DNA of 63,992 nucleotides, filler included, from Circinaria calcarea (taxonomy: Eukaryota), in assembly GCA_051942165.1 (NCBI GenBank). It is 5 parts of 5 records of this genome, joined end to end, with 100 filler letters (N's around TTAATTAATTAA, not from the genome) between each part and the next. Parts side by side here need not be neighbours in the genome. Positions count along the whole stretch, not along the records: positions 1 to 13,114 come from JAVECS010000524.1; 4 more parts are not named here. The stretch is one strand, 5' to 3'. Below, one piece after another: positions 1 to 11,568 of this stretch. The stretch's first letter is position 1. Every line of letters begins with the position of its first letter. A program made the translations under genes and the position numbers. Under the pieces are notes generated by a model. The model was not told where the DNA came from. It saw only the letters and a list, made by a program, of their open reading frames with translations, and did no database searches.

Positions 1-2
1 CA

Positions 3-182
3 CCACCACCACCACCCACCACCACCATCGCCGCCACCGCCGACCGCCCTCGGCCTATCAAGGCGCTACCATCCCCCAAGGAGGCATTCTTCAGCACGAA
101 GTTGCCGCGGCTCATCGGAGCCATGAGGAGGAGTACGAGCCTTAGGCTCAAAAAGAAATCTGGGGAGAAAAGGGGGAAATAA
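3..182 (+). CDS. Possible 3' end of a gene truncated at the window start
   Basis: Open frame PPPPPTTTIAATADRPRP...RRSTSLRLKKKSGEKRGK* ending TAA at 180-182, followed by a T-rich stretch resembling a 3' UTR. No family recognised. Confidence 0.3.
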   Translation, partial: PPPPPTTTIAATADRPRPIKALPSPKEAFFSTKLPRLIGAMRRSTSLRLKKKSGEKRGK

Positions 183-1162
183 GGAGTAAGGGTATCCTGG
201 CGGGTTGGGTTTTTCCTTCTTCTTCTTTTTGGATAGAAAAAGGCGGGGACATGGGATTGGGATGGCGCTTTTGCTTTTTCATTTTCCTTTTTGGTTTTGT
301 TTCTTGGCCTTTTTTTGAATTTTTTGTTTTGGAGATGCGAGAAAGGCAAAGCCTCCTCGAACAGCAGGAAGCCAAGGTCGGTGCCGATACCTCTGGAGCA
401 CTCCAAAGAAGGAGCAAGCTCGCCAGCGGCTAGTCACGGCTCAGGCAGGTCGACAAGGCTATCGATAGTTATTCAGAACTAGCCAAGCTCTAGACCCAGA
501 AATAAAGCACGCAATACCACGAGACCATCTTCGTGCATGAGATCCTTAGTAAGCTCTGGCTCAAGCGCAATACTCATTCACAAGATTATAAGAAAGCAAT
601 CGATATCAAGCGAGCACTCCTTGCCGTTCTGAGGAAAGACTAACCAAAGGCTTCCGAGCATCCGTCAATAAGTCGCCTTGAAACATCTATGTATCCAGCA
701 GATTGAGTCCCACAGCTCTACAATGATAATAGAACCATCTCCGATCCAGCGACATCGATTCACACTCTGAGTCGGGTAGGAACAGTGCGGTCTGTTGTGT
801 CCGCTGCCACAACTGAAGGCGCTAATAACCGGGCTTGGAGTCGCAGATCCGTCACAAGCCCTGGCCTAGGGAGAGTTCCGCAACAAAGAAGGTCAAATGC
901 GGTTCTGCGACCCTTGGCCGAACACAGCTCTGAGGAAAAGGGGGCCTAGAACTCGGGGAATCTAGCCATTGGTGCTGCTGGCGCTTAAAGTTATAATCTG
1001 CCAGTAACAACATATATTTATTGATAATTATTAACGGCAATTTTTTTTGGGAGCATTAATTGATTGTTACATTTTACATCATGTATACCGGAACAAGGGC
1101 CTCCAATAGTGCAGCCCGGGCGCCTCTTCATATCCTTCCGCCTCCGAATCCCCGCACAAAAC

Positions 1163-3412
1163 TTACACTCCCTCCACAACCCCCACCAAGCCCGCATCCA
1201 AACCTCTCGGCTCCCAAACCCCCTTGTCCTTCTTATTCCGAACCCACAGCACATCCCCCTTTAAATAGGCCACCACTCCCCCCCTACCATCCGGACTAGC
1301 GGTGATGCGATACAGCGGTAACCCAGTCTGTTCGTGCGCTTCGCCCAGCGCGCGCATCCAAAGGTTATTCTCAGTGCACCAGTCTTCGACAACGTCTTTA
1401 AATGTTGTTTCCGGGGGCGGCGGGAGTTTAGGCGTCACGGGGCCTATAGGTTGGTTGGCGTTAGTGGAGCGAGCGGGTGTGGATGGGAGGAGTGGTTTGG
1501 TGGGACCGGCTGCTGGGGGTCGAAGGTGCCTGTGGACGTTCAGGCCTTCTTCTTGGAGTTCCAGGGCTAGATTGATGGTTTCGAGGCCCTTAGTCCATTC
1601 AGCTTCGACTGATGGTAAGGTGTTGATTTCTTGAGGGATTTGCTCTTGCCACCACAGCAGCCATTGGCCGATTTCATCGTAGTTGGGTTCTGGGTCAGTG
1701 GAGGTAAGCCATTGGAAGAGACTGTCGTGCCATTTGGGAAAGAACTCGGCGACCAGGAGGGCAGCAAATGTGCTCGGCTTGAAGAAAGGAAGCCAGTTAA
1801 GGACTGTGGTGTAGGGGTCTAGAACCTGTTCGGAGGGGTCGACAATGAAGTCGTCGCTGAGGTATCGTGCTAGACGAGGGAGAAGGTGGCGGAGGAGGAG
1901 AGCGTCGAGCTCATCACGAAGGACGTCACGCCAGTGGTGCAGACCGGGTGGAATGCCAGCAGTGAGATCCCAGGTAGAGACTACTGAGCGTAGTCTACGT
2001 TTCATATCTGTGAGGAGACCGGATGGAGAGGTAGGGTCAGTATGATGGTCGGGTAGGTATTGGAGCCAAGGAAATAGCCACAGGTGAGGGGGTTGGCTAT
2101 CAGGTTTTTGGGACTTGCGGGTACGAGGTTTCCATTCTGCAATTGCGGCGTTAAGTCTTTGGATAATTAGCTGGTCGATCACATTGGCGAGAATGAATGG
2201 AGGAAGGAGAGGTTTCCAAGCTTGAAGAAGGGTGATTAGCGGGGCCGGGTTGTGAACATCCCATTCGTTCGTGATGGCATTACGGACTTGAGGGAGCCAG
2301 AGTGTGTATATCATGGTCTCATAATGCGTGGTGGATTTGTGGCGGCTTCTTGGATTGTAGTGGTCGTTTTGCAACGTCAAGGCACTATCATCGGGATCAG
2401 AGTCAATTCCGAAGATGTGGTAGAGGCGTTTTAGGTAAGCCACAAGGTATGTTGGATTTTCGAGTGGGAGCCAGTCTTGCATCGCTACTCGAAAGAGCGG
2501 GTGGATGGCTGCAACGGCAACCTCCCGAAGCGCGAAAGTGTCGATCTCTTCTCGACAATCGATTTCCATTGACTCGAGCCTGCGGGTAATAGTCTCCCAT
2601 GTAGAAGAGATGTCGTCAATGCCGTTACTGTCAACTGACAAGGCCTGAAGTTTTTGTACAACATCAATGATCCCTTGTAGCCGCCGTATATCTCCCTGTT
2701 GCTCATCAATCTCGCCAATGATTTGGCTACTCTGAAGCTCAAAAAACTTCTTCCGATCTGAGAGTGCGGTCCATTCATCTGCAAATGCTTCTAGGTCCCT
2801 CCGTGCTCGTTTGGCAATTTTCGTAGCGTCGGTCTCACTCGGTACCATAGACTCGTTGGGAGTCAAGAGGCCGCTCGCGGAAGTCAGCAGCCTGGCCTCC
2901 TTCCCAGTAACATCAATGATTGACTTGAGCACACTTGGGACTTGCAGGCCATCCGCCGCCGCTTCTATCTCGGCCGCAGTCCTATATTTCAACTTCGGCT
3001 TCTGCTTTAATCCTCCCGGTGTGCTAGTCCCGCTACTAGTTCCCCTTATACGATCTTCCTTTTTCTTTCGCCTTCTCTTTCGCTCCTCCTCCGACGAGTC
3101 CTCCAAGACCTCCCCTCGAAAAGCAGCCTCCCGTTTTTCTTCCTCCTTCGCCTGCCTTGTCTTCTCTTTGACAGTACCCAGGCCAGCACCTTGAGGTCTG
3201 ACTTGGGTCTCAATAGGTGCAAGCCTACCCCGTCCTGTCGCACCGAGACCTTGGCCTTGGACATGACCCATTTTCGCCATCATTCTGGCAGCGAATGAGG
3301 TTGGGCCGGCAGCAGGAGACCCAGAAGGGCCCACCCCTCTGCTGCTGCCATCGTTGAGCCTCGCTCTTTTGAACGGCGACCGACCAGCCTCCTCCTCATC
3401 CATCATTGCCAT
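1163..3412 (-). CDS. G-patch spliceosome disassembly factor, TFIP11/Ntr1(Spp382)-like
   Basis: G-patch motif FAARMMAKMGHVQGQGLGATGRGRLAPI...GLG, followed by a GCFC-type region (YETMIYTLWLP, PHLWLFPWL, FFPKWHDSLFQWL, NYDEIGQWLLWW) and C-terminal FKDVVEDWC...LYRI. First ATG at 3412 (the ORF track starts at a TTG). Single exon. Confidence 0.9.
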   Translation of the reverse strand: MAMMDEEEAGRSPFKRARLNDGSSRGVGPSGSPAAGPTSFAARMMAKMGHVQGQGLGATGRGRLAPIETQVRPQGAGLGTVKEKTRQAKEEEKREAAFRGEVLEDSSEEERKRRRKKKEDRIRGTSSGTSTPGGLKQKPKLKYRTAAEIEAAADGLQVPSVLKSIIDVTGKEARLLTSASGLLTPNESMVPSETDATKIAKRARRDLEAFADEWTALSDRKKFFELQSSQIIGEIDEQQGDIRRLQGIIDVVQKLQALSVDSNGIDDISSTWETITRRLESMEIDCREEIDTFALREVAVAAIHPLFRVAMQDWLPLENPTYLVAYLKRLYHIFGIDSDPDDSALTLQNDHYNPRSRHKSTTHYETMIYTLWLPQVRNAITNEWDVHNPAPLITLLQAWKPLLPPFILANVIDQLIIQRLNAAIAEWKPRTRKSQKPDSQPPHLWLFPWLQYLPDHHTDPTSPSGLLTDMKRRLRSVVSTWDLTAGIPPGLHHWRDVLRDELDALLLRHLLPRLARYLSDDFIVDPSEQVLDPYTTVLNWLPFFKPSTFAALLVAEFFPKWHDSLFQWLTSTDPEPNYDEIGQWLLWWQEQIPQEINTLPSVEAEWTKGLETINLALELQEEGLNVHRHLRPPAAGPTKPLLPSTPARSTNANQPIGPVTPKLPPPPETTFKDVVEDWCTENNLWMRALGEAHEQTGLPLYRITASPDGRGGVVAYLKGDVLWVRNKKDKGVWEPRGLDAGLVGVVEGV

Positions 3413-3692
3413 AATGTCAGATTGACCGTCGCAGATGTCAGATGCTTGAAATAGACAATAAAAGTTTAACCGGGACCGGGGGTCGGGCAAACTTGGCTGT
3501 CACAACCGGTCGCTTGGCAATCTCCCGCTAGTGCAGCTGCCGAATCGGTGGCTTTTAAATATAGTAACACAAGATAAGCATTTTGTGACGGGAGTTGAAG
3601 AGAGATTCCTGTCGTGTGAGAGACGAGGAGTGACAGCTGTGGGAAGCACACAGGCCTAAGGAAAGGCCTTTGGTGTCTCTTCCTTCGACAGT

Positions 3693-6600
3693 ATGGCGTA
3701 TCAATCACTGGTAACGTATACCAGGAGCAGTCATAGTGATTCCTCCGGATCTCGTGGGTCAACCTCGCCGCCTCCACCTCATCCGCCTCTCGCGCTCCAA
3801 CCAGTGTCTTCCGGAAACGGCTTTCCAGATAGGGGTAGCTCCCAGGAAAGAGCTTCGAACAATAGCTCACCTGGCGATCAACTCGACTCGATGATCAATA
3901 CTTTGATATCCTCGGTAAGGACCTATCACATGGTTGGGAACGACGATTCCGAGGCGTTTGGGGACCTTGACGGCCAAAGTCCACACGCGGCTACTCACAG
4001 TATCGAGCAAACGGACCTCCAACCTCGCCCTTCCGACGAGCAACTTAACTCGGTCAGAATGCCCCAACCATCATATCAGAATACAATGGTACGAACCGTA
4101 TCACGAGAGGGCTCAATGCGGCACCCGACGCCAGATTTGCAATCGCTGCAAGGGGCGTACATTGGGAATATTGAGCGACTGGAACGAAGTGCAGAGAGAC
4201 TGAGTATGAGCTCAGATATTGGAGAGGGACTGAGGAAGATACGCGACGAACAGAAACGGTCCGAAAGCAGGAAATCCTCCATTGCAGCACGTACAGAGAG
4301 TAGCGTCCACAGGTCCGCGGTATCCCGTCAATTCTCATCGAGTTCCAGTGCCTCAAACTCAATCATGGGCGTCAATAGCATCGCAAGGTCGGGAGGTTTC
4401 TCGCCAATTGCCTACATGACTTCGCCTATAGGTTCATTGCGGTCTCCATCTCGATCACACAACTCAACTCGAGAAAGATCCACTTCGCGAGGCGATCGGT
4501 TAATGACACAAGTGTCGGAGCCTGAGAAAGAAGGGCGGCCTCTGGATTCTCCAATCTTAGTGAGGTCCGTTCCAGTGGTTCAGCCACCGAAGCCTCCCAC
4601 ACATACCTTACGAATTATGAACGAAGATCAAGGAGTTTCTTCCCCGTTAAATACTCTGGAATTGCATTCAGAGAGCGCTGTACCACCCCATACACAATTC
4701 GGTCAAACTCCAGACTTAGAGGATATGCCTGAACGTACTGCTACCAGCGCATCTACGGATACTTATCGACAAGTGACAGATCTCTTTGCCGACTTCGATG
4801 GCGTACATATTACGACCCACCGGCAACCTTCATCCACAGTCCCAACTGCACACAGTCGCCAGGTTTCTCTTACCCTGCCTCCTTCCGCAGACAGACCACA
4901 ATCGTACGCCAACGCCTCTGAAGACAATGTGGTTTACTATCCGGCTCCTGTACCTATGATGCTCAATCTCCCCAAGAGGCTATCCAAACTTCCTGCAATA
5001 CAGCGGGACAAGCGAAGATCAGAGATGCTGGAAGCCTTATCATATGATGCGTCGAACTCAGCTGCATGGTTGCCCGATGCTGTTGACCAACCTAATGCAG
5101 ATGTCGATGCGTGTCTTGCGAGTAAGCCGTCCGGAAGAATTGACCATCGCCAAAGTATGGCTAACGTCCCTCCACAACTAAGGGCTTCAATGTTCTTTGA
5201 GCATCCGTCCATCCCATACGACATAGAAGTGAAAGGCCAATCGGCAGTGGCGACGTTGGACAGCATTCTTGATGCCTCCGCCTTCGCCCCAGTTAGTGCA
5301 TTTACTGATCATCCGATCGCGGGTCATTTAGGAGCAAATGTCTACAGCAGGCCTTCTCCGTGGAAGAATATGGTGGGCCCTAGCCATGAACAAGCTGTAC
5401 ATAGACAAAGCAGAAGTTCGCTACACCTTCTCAAAAAGCGATATAGCAGCAATGCGCTATTGCAGACCGCTAAACTGCGCGACACCTCATTCCAAAGCGC
5501 GGACGAAGTCATCGGTACAAGACAAAGTAGTGCACCACATTTTGAAAGTGGCGTACAGCTCGATGATATTGAAACGGCACAAACGAAAGGCGAAAGAGTA
5601 TCGTTTGCGGAGCGTGAAATAGAGAGAGGCCATGACGGTAGCGAACGTGATAGCGGTAATGAGGAAGATTTTCTTGACCCACGGGAAGAACTCATCGCAG
5701 GAGATAATCTAGGGGAGGATGAGCAGTTCGGGGATGAGGATCTGTACAGTGGGCCACCAACTACCCTGTTGGCTGAACTGCAGTTGCGAAAGCAGCAACA
5801 GAAACAGCGAAACCGGACTGCAGCGACAGCCTTCCCTCAAGGGATGCATTCAACTCTGCTACAATTGGATGCAGTTGCACAGATCGAGAAGCAGACTCGT
5901 AAGCAAAGACACATAAAACTAGCCTGGGAAGACCCTGATGTCATACATCCTGGCGTGGAGAATCAAGACGACGAAGATGTCCCCTTGGGCATGCTATTTC
6001 CAGGACGAAAGGTTCAGGCCAAGAACCCAGCAGAGCCGTACGATGATGATAGGCCACTTGGGTTGATTGCAAAGCGTGCCATGGAGGATAATGAGCCATT
6101 AAGTCAACGGCGCGCCCGACTAAAAGGGGAACCCTTAGTACGAGTACCGATTGCAGGTAGGCGAGTAGCCACAAATGCGCTAGAGATACCTGGGTTGACG
6201 ACCACTACTGTCGATGCTGATGCCAGTCGCGAAGGGGAGACCTTAGGCCAGCGTCTCAGAAGACTTAAAGGTACCGGCATCACTTCAAAGGCCCAGTCAA
6301 CAATCGATGATCTTGCGAGTGGAATGATGAGCCAATTTGGTGGACCCGCGAAAGCAGACGATGCCACAGAATCGATGACACAGGTTTTAGAGGCCGAGGA
6401 AGAGACATTGGGCCAGCGTCGTAAACGCTTACAGGCTGAACGGCAGGGAAAGTCTCGTGATGTCAGCGGTGAGAGTATTGCCGCCGGCCGTCCGCCGGTC
6501 AAGAAACGTCACAGCATGGCAGATATACTGCAAGCTCATCCTGTGTCGGAAAAGCGAGTAACGTCACAGGATAATTTGGCTTTCATCAGCGGAGGCCAGG

Positions 6601-7040
6601 CTGGGTCTGGAGCTGTTGGTGGGTTACTGCAACAGAATCAGGAGCTACAGGCGCAAAGTCGCCAGCAACTTGGCGGGCGACACGGAGTGCTAAAGTCTCC
6701 TCAATCAACTCTGGCTGCGCAGAGACCCTCCCACATGGATCATCGAGCTTCTACTGGCAACGTTCCAATGGCATCTGGGTTAGGTATGCCCGGAAGTTCC
6801 ACTTACCAGCCTGGGTTCAATGCCGTCTTTTCTTCAACCGGTGGCATCCCACATCCATACAATCGAGCTTTGCCCTATGCAAGCCCCATGGCAAGTCACA
6901 ACAGATCTTTAGGCCTAAACGGATATGCTGCTATGGTTCCAAATGGTTCTACAATGGTTCAGCCGTTGGGACAAGATGTGCCGGTCGACACCCGACACAG
7001 AGATATGGTCGACCGATGGAGGCAAAGTATCCGGTACTGA
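3693..7040 (+). CDS. Large low-complexity fungal hypothetical protein (1115 aa)
   Basis: Uninterrupted 3.3-kb ORF with conserved-looking islands (VVYYPAPVPMMLNLPKRLSK, PPQLRASMFFE, TLLAELQLRK, FPQGMHSTLLQLDAVA, repeated ETLGQR, C-terminal VDRWRQSI). Divergent from the TFIP11-like gene across ~280 bp. Confidence 0.85.
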   Translation: MAYQSLVTYTRSSHSDSSGSRGSTSPPPPHPPLALQPVSSGNGFPDRGSSQERASNNSSPGDQLDSMINTLISSVRTYHMVGNDDSEAFGDLDGQSPHAATHSIEQTDLQPRPSDEQLNSVRMPQPSYQNTMVRTVSREGSMRHPTPDLQSLQGAYIGNIERLERSAERLSMSSDIGEGLRKIRDEQKRSESRKSSIAARTESSVHRSAVSRQFSSSSSASNSIMGVNSIARSGGFSPIAYMTSPIGSLRSPSRSHNSTRERSTSRGDRLMTQVSEPEKEGRPLDSPILVRSVPVVQPPKPPTHTLRIMNEDQGVSSPLNTLELHSESAVPPHTQFGQTPDLEDMPERTATSASTDTYRQVTDLFADFDGVHITTHRQPSSTVPTAHSRQVSLTLPPSADRPQSYANASEDNVVYYPAPVPMMLNLPKRLSKLPAIQRDKRRSEMLEALSYDASNSAAWLPDAVDQPNADVDACLASKPSGRIDHRQSMANVPPQLRASMFFEHPSIPYDIEVKGQSAVATLDSILDASAFAPVSAFTDHPIAGHLGANVYSRPSPWKNMVGPSHEQAVHRQSRSSLHLLKKRYSSNALLQTAKLRDTSFQSADEVIGTRQSSAPHFESGVQLDDIETAQTKGERVSFAEREIERGHDGSERDSGNEEDFLDPREELIAGDNLGEDEQFGDEDLYSGPPTTLLAELQLRKQQQKQRNRTAATAFPQGMHSTLLQLDAVAQIEKQTRKQRHIKLAWEDPDVIHPGVENQDDEDVPLGMLFPGRKVQAKNPAEPYDDDRPLGLIAKRAMEDNEPLSQRRARLKGEPLVRVPIAGRRVATNALEIPGLTTTTVDADASREGETLGQRLRRLKGTGITSKAQSTIDDLASGMMSQFGGPAKADDATESMTQVLEAEEETLGQRRKRLQAERQGKSRDVSGESIAAGRPPVKKRHSMADILQAHPVSEKRVTSQDNLAFISGGQAGSGAVGGLLQQNQELQAQSRQQLGGRHGVLKSPQSTLAAQRPSHMDHRASTGNVPMASGLGMPGSSTYQPGFNAVFSSTGGIPHPYNRALPYASPMASHNRSLGLNGYAAMVPNGSTMVQPLGQDVPVDTRHRDMVDRWRQSIRY

Positions 7041-7814
7041 AACGGAATACGGTCTTTTCCATCCGTCGAGCCGCATCCTCGTGTGCAAGTTCCCGGGACG
7101 AGTATGATGCGAAGGAGTCGGGAGAGATTAGACGGATTAGGCTGTTTTGCTTGACGGAACCTCCTTTGGCTGTCCTTATTGCTAGATACCCCAGATAGAT
7201 TTGCATGTCTCGCTAGGAAGTATGATAGTGTCAAAGGACAGTTGCTTGAGAAGCACTTCCAACTGTGTAGCTCATCAGGGCCGCTTAGATTTGCTTTTTT
7301 TCCCCCACACTTCACAAATCTGGTGGCACAGCATATCATACGGACAATGATGGAGTGAATCATGCCGCATCATCATGGTACGTCTGCCGCTTTCCAGCCT
7401 GTTTTGCTTTGTATCTTCGCATACCGCTCTCACCGGGAGGCCCGAGAGTAACCCCGCCACCCCGCGTGCTCTCTTCGAGCACCCCGGCATAGCCCGACCT
7501 TTGCCTTGCCTTGCCTTACCCTAGCGACCTTACTCAACCCGGCGCAGCGTCTTCCACCGTATGCCACTGTTGCTTTTTGTCAGTCGTGCCACTTCCATTC
7601 TTCGTCCCCTCATATCCCTTGCCGCTACCGTCGCCCAGCAGATCTTCCCACATCTCATGCTCTAACCTCCGCGCTTTTCAACAGTTTCCGGCCTCGCCTC
7701 CCAAAGCTTTGCGCTTCAACTTTGAATACAAACCCTATCGCACTGCATTATCGGGGCCACTCATTGCAAGGTCTGGCCGAACATTCACCCAGAGGCCAAA
7801 AACCCACAGAGGAT

Positions 7815-9508
7815 ATGGCGGGAGGCGTAGCGGGCCTAGAAGAGCAGAAGCTTAGAAAATGGTTCCTAGGTTCCATAGATCAAGGAACTACCAGCACCCG
7901 TTTCCTCATCTTTGATGGAACAGGCGCCCCAGTGGCTTCTCACCAGATCGAATTTAAGCAGATGCATCCACAATCTGGGTATCGAGGATATTTCCCCGAG
8001 TTTGGCCTGAGTGGTGGAGTGTGCTAATACCAATTCCAGATGGCATGAGCATGACCCTTATGAGATTGTGCAATCCGTTGAAAATTGCATTGAAGAAGCC
8101 ACCAAAGCGTTCGTTAAGATGGGACACTCGGTCGCCGACATAAGTGCGATAGGTATCACCAACCAAAGAGAAACAACGCTGGTCTGGGATAGTGAAACCG
8201 GAGAGCCCCTTTACAACGCCATTGCTTGGCCAGATACCAGGACACAATCCATCGTACGGGAACTGAAAGAGCGCAAAGGTGCGGACAAACTGCAGGGCAT
8301 CTGTGGATTACCACTATCAACGTATCCCTCCTCTGTGAAACTCATGTGGCTATTTCGGAACTGTGACAAGGTGCGAAAGGTGTATGCAGAAGGCCGCTTG
8401 GCCTTCGGAACAGTGGATACATGGCTTGTGTATATGTTGAACGGAGGCAAGGAACGGAATATCTTCGTTACAGATGCTACAAATGCTTCGAGGACCATGT
8501 TTATGAATCTGCACACACTTACCTACGACCAAGAGGCTTTGAAATTCTTTGGGTTGGATGCCCAGAAAATAAATCTTCCTAGGATCGTTCCATCATCTGA
8601 TCCGGAAGTTTTCGGATCACTTATATCCGGATCTCTGAAAGGAGTCAAAATTACGGGACTACTTGGGGATCAGTCAGCGGCCTTGGTAGGCCAATGTGGC
8701 TTCTCCCCAGGCATGGCCAAGAATACCTACGGAACCGGCTGCTTTCTGCTCTATAACGTTGGGGAGAAGCCAGTGATGTCGAGTCATGGCCTGCTAGCCA
8801 CTGTAGCTTATAACTTTGGTCGCAAACGGAATCCAGTATACGCATTAGAAGGTAGTATTGCGGTAGCTGGAAGTGGTGTAAGATTCCTTTCCAATAACTT
8901 CAGTTTTATCAAATCTTCCAATGAGGTCGACGCGCTGGCTTCGACAGTGAAGGACAATGGTGGCTGTGTCTTTGTCACTGCTTTCAGTGGACTGCTCGCA
9001 CCCTATTGGATCGATGACGCGAAAGGGACCATCTTCGGCCTTACCCAGCATACGGAGAAAGGCCATCTAGCAAGAGCAACGTTGGAGGCGGTATGCTTTC
9101 AGACCAAAGCAATCCTCGACGCCATGGAAAAGGATAGCGGGCATAAGCTATCCGAGCTCGCGGTCGATGGGGGAATGAGTAATTCCGATCTTTGTATGCA
9201 GGTACGATGTTTCACATGCGCTTCTTGACGCTTGATCTCACAGTTGCCAGACCCAGGCAGATATTATAGGTATTCCCGTCGATCGGCCGTATATGCGTGA
9301 GACGACTGCGCTCGGCGCCGCCATCGCCGCCGGATTTGCCATCGATGTGTGGAAAGAATTCGAAGAGCTCAAGGAGATTAACCGGGCTGATCGTACGATT
9401 TTCAACCCGCAGGTATCCGAGGAACAGAGTGCAACCATGTACAGAAGATGGACAAAAGCCGTAGAAATGTCTAAGGGGTGGCTCGAAGTCAGTCAAGGTA
9501 ATGAATAG
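7815..9508 (+). CDS. GUT1: Glycerol kinase (FGGY family), 3 exons
   Basis: Motifs SIDQGTTSTRF, GITNQRETT, AFGTVDTW, TDATNASRT, GDQSAALVGQ, KNTYGTGCF, ALEGSIAVAG, VDGGMS, RETTALGAA. Introns 7979-8039 and 9202-9250 (GT..AG) restore a continuous frame. Confidence 0.95.
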
Positions 9509-11136
9509 TAAGGTTGGAAGGGGGGTGTAAGATACTCCCGGATTAAGTTCAAGGTGAACCGGTGATATTGCTATGCTATACTTCACCAATTCTGCTCAGA
9601 TTCGTTCACCGTCGTCGCAGGAGGGCATTTTGCAAACATACGCACAGCTCTGCCGTGTACCAACCGTTCTTCTACGGACATACCACATCCGACTCCTACC
9701 GGAGCAGCGGTTCAAACAGGTGTATTAAGGATTGTTAATGTACTACTGTAAGTGTTTCCACGTATGGGTCAATGCTAGCCGTCAGCAACAGACATCCGGC
9801 CCTGCCGTGGTGGTGTCAGCCCATTTCATAGCAGGGTTTGAGGATCGATCTCCCACAGTTCCAAGGACTGAATCCTCCATTGCTCTGCCATGAGGGCTTT
9901 GTGCACTGGTTACCGCCGCGAGCGCCGTGAGCAATGGTTAGCTGTTGATCTATCGCTTCCTATTGGTTTTGAAACAAGGCAAGCACCAGTATTCCCTGGG
10001 CCCGGATCCTGAATCATAATCGGCCTATTCTTACTGCATACGCGGAACAATACCCGTCAGCCTCTGGATAATCAACCAATCTGCCGGCCGAACTACGCCA
10101 TGTCCACATTACGCCAACATACTAGCCCGGGAATCCTTGGCACACCACAGGGCCACTGGAAGACCTCAAGCCGTCATGCGGACAGGAGGCGATCATTTAG
10201 GGCGTACCTTTGTTATCAGATCTCAATGTGGGTTGCGCCGAAAATTATCTCAACCCTCCTCTGACTCGGGTTTGACACGGCCTATCGATTTGCTCCGATG
10301 ACACCGTGGTGGCTCCCGGATAAAAAGCCACTCTGGATATGCGCTATCAGGAACCAACATCCCCCCACACGGGCTTTACAACAAGTTACATTCAAAATCC
10401 TTGGTTTTGCCTTCCAACTCGAAACTCGGAGGCTCTTGTGCCGTGGGAAGCTCAGGCCGGCGAATGATCCTCAATCCTAGGGGATGGTCAGATGCCATGC
10501 GGTCGACCACGGACCTTGGCCATCATCGGAACCCTTGCAATGTGGAAAGGCGTTCGAGACCCGTGATAATTCTTAGCTAAACGAGCTCGTCATATCTGTT
10601 AGTCCTTGTGATAGTGCCCAAACTTACTTCCAAGGACCAGACCGTGGGGTATCGACGCTCCTTAGGCGGTCGCAGAGGCAATATAGAGTAGAATGTACTG
10701 ACTTCCTCTGTAAAGCTGGCTACATATCCTGGTTGTCTACATCCTAAAGAACACCCCTGAATCGGGCCGTTCAGTATTGGAGGGAGGCTCAGCGTCCGAT
10801 GTCATGCGGCTATATCCGCGGGCGATGGAACCTATCCTGTACAGGACGGCAGTGGCGAAGGTATTTGCAGCTGGCACGGACGTACAATGGAGGAGGCGAT
10901 TTTCAAATCTGGACCCATCCCCAGGCCATGTTGCTTACTTCTTTCTACCGCCGATGAGCTTCTGAAACCAGGTGCTTAAAGCCAAGCTGAACGACACGAA
11001 ACTACCTGCCCAGAAGCCTTCCGCCTCATTGTCAGTCTTGTCCGGGGGCCCTTATGTTGGCCTTGCCATTATGTAACTCATTTTCTCTTTTTTCACGACC
11101 ACGCGAGCAGTCCTCATTCTACTACCTGTCAACGAC

Positions 11137-11568
11137 ATGTGTGATTATACCCAGGTCACTTACCAGTGTGGACACGTTCGGTATATTGTCAAAGCTTGGT
11201 GTGTTCGATATGAGCAAACGCATGAGCGATGTCCGCCGAATGTGGTAGCATTGTATGCCGACTTGGTCGCAATGTCAGATAGGAGAACAATGCTGATCCA
11301 AGTACCAACAGGGAAACCAAACCAACCGAGAAATGTGGTGAGTTGCTTCCTTTATTTACTTGATACGCTCCGACGTCCAACCATCGTTATCTCCAACAAA
11401 GTGTCCCGCTACTAATCTCCACCATGTGTCCTGAGTATAATTGTATATGCAGCTAGATGTCTAGCTCTGCGGCCAATGGCCCAACGGGACTGCTTTCCGA
11501 GACGCTTAGAGAATGGCACCTCGAAGCAGGATAGATTCGGATACACGTTGCACTATCACACCTACTGA
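11137..11568 (+). CDS. Small spliced Cys/His-rich protein (~85 aa), putative zinc-binding
   Basis: Exons 11137-11252, 11312-11337 and 11453-11568 give MCDYTQVTYQCGHVRYIVKAWCVRYEQTHERCPPNVVALETKPTEKCARCLALRP...HTY*. Pattern C-x8-CxH-x8-C-x9-C-x14-CxxC. Donors GTATGC and GTGAGT. Confidence 0.75.
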
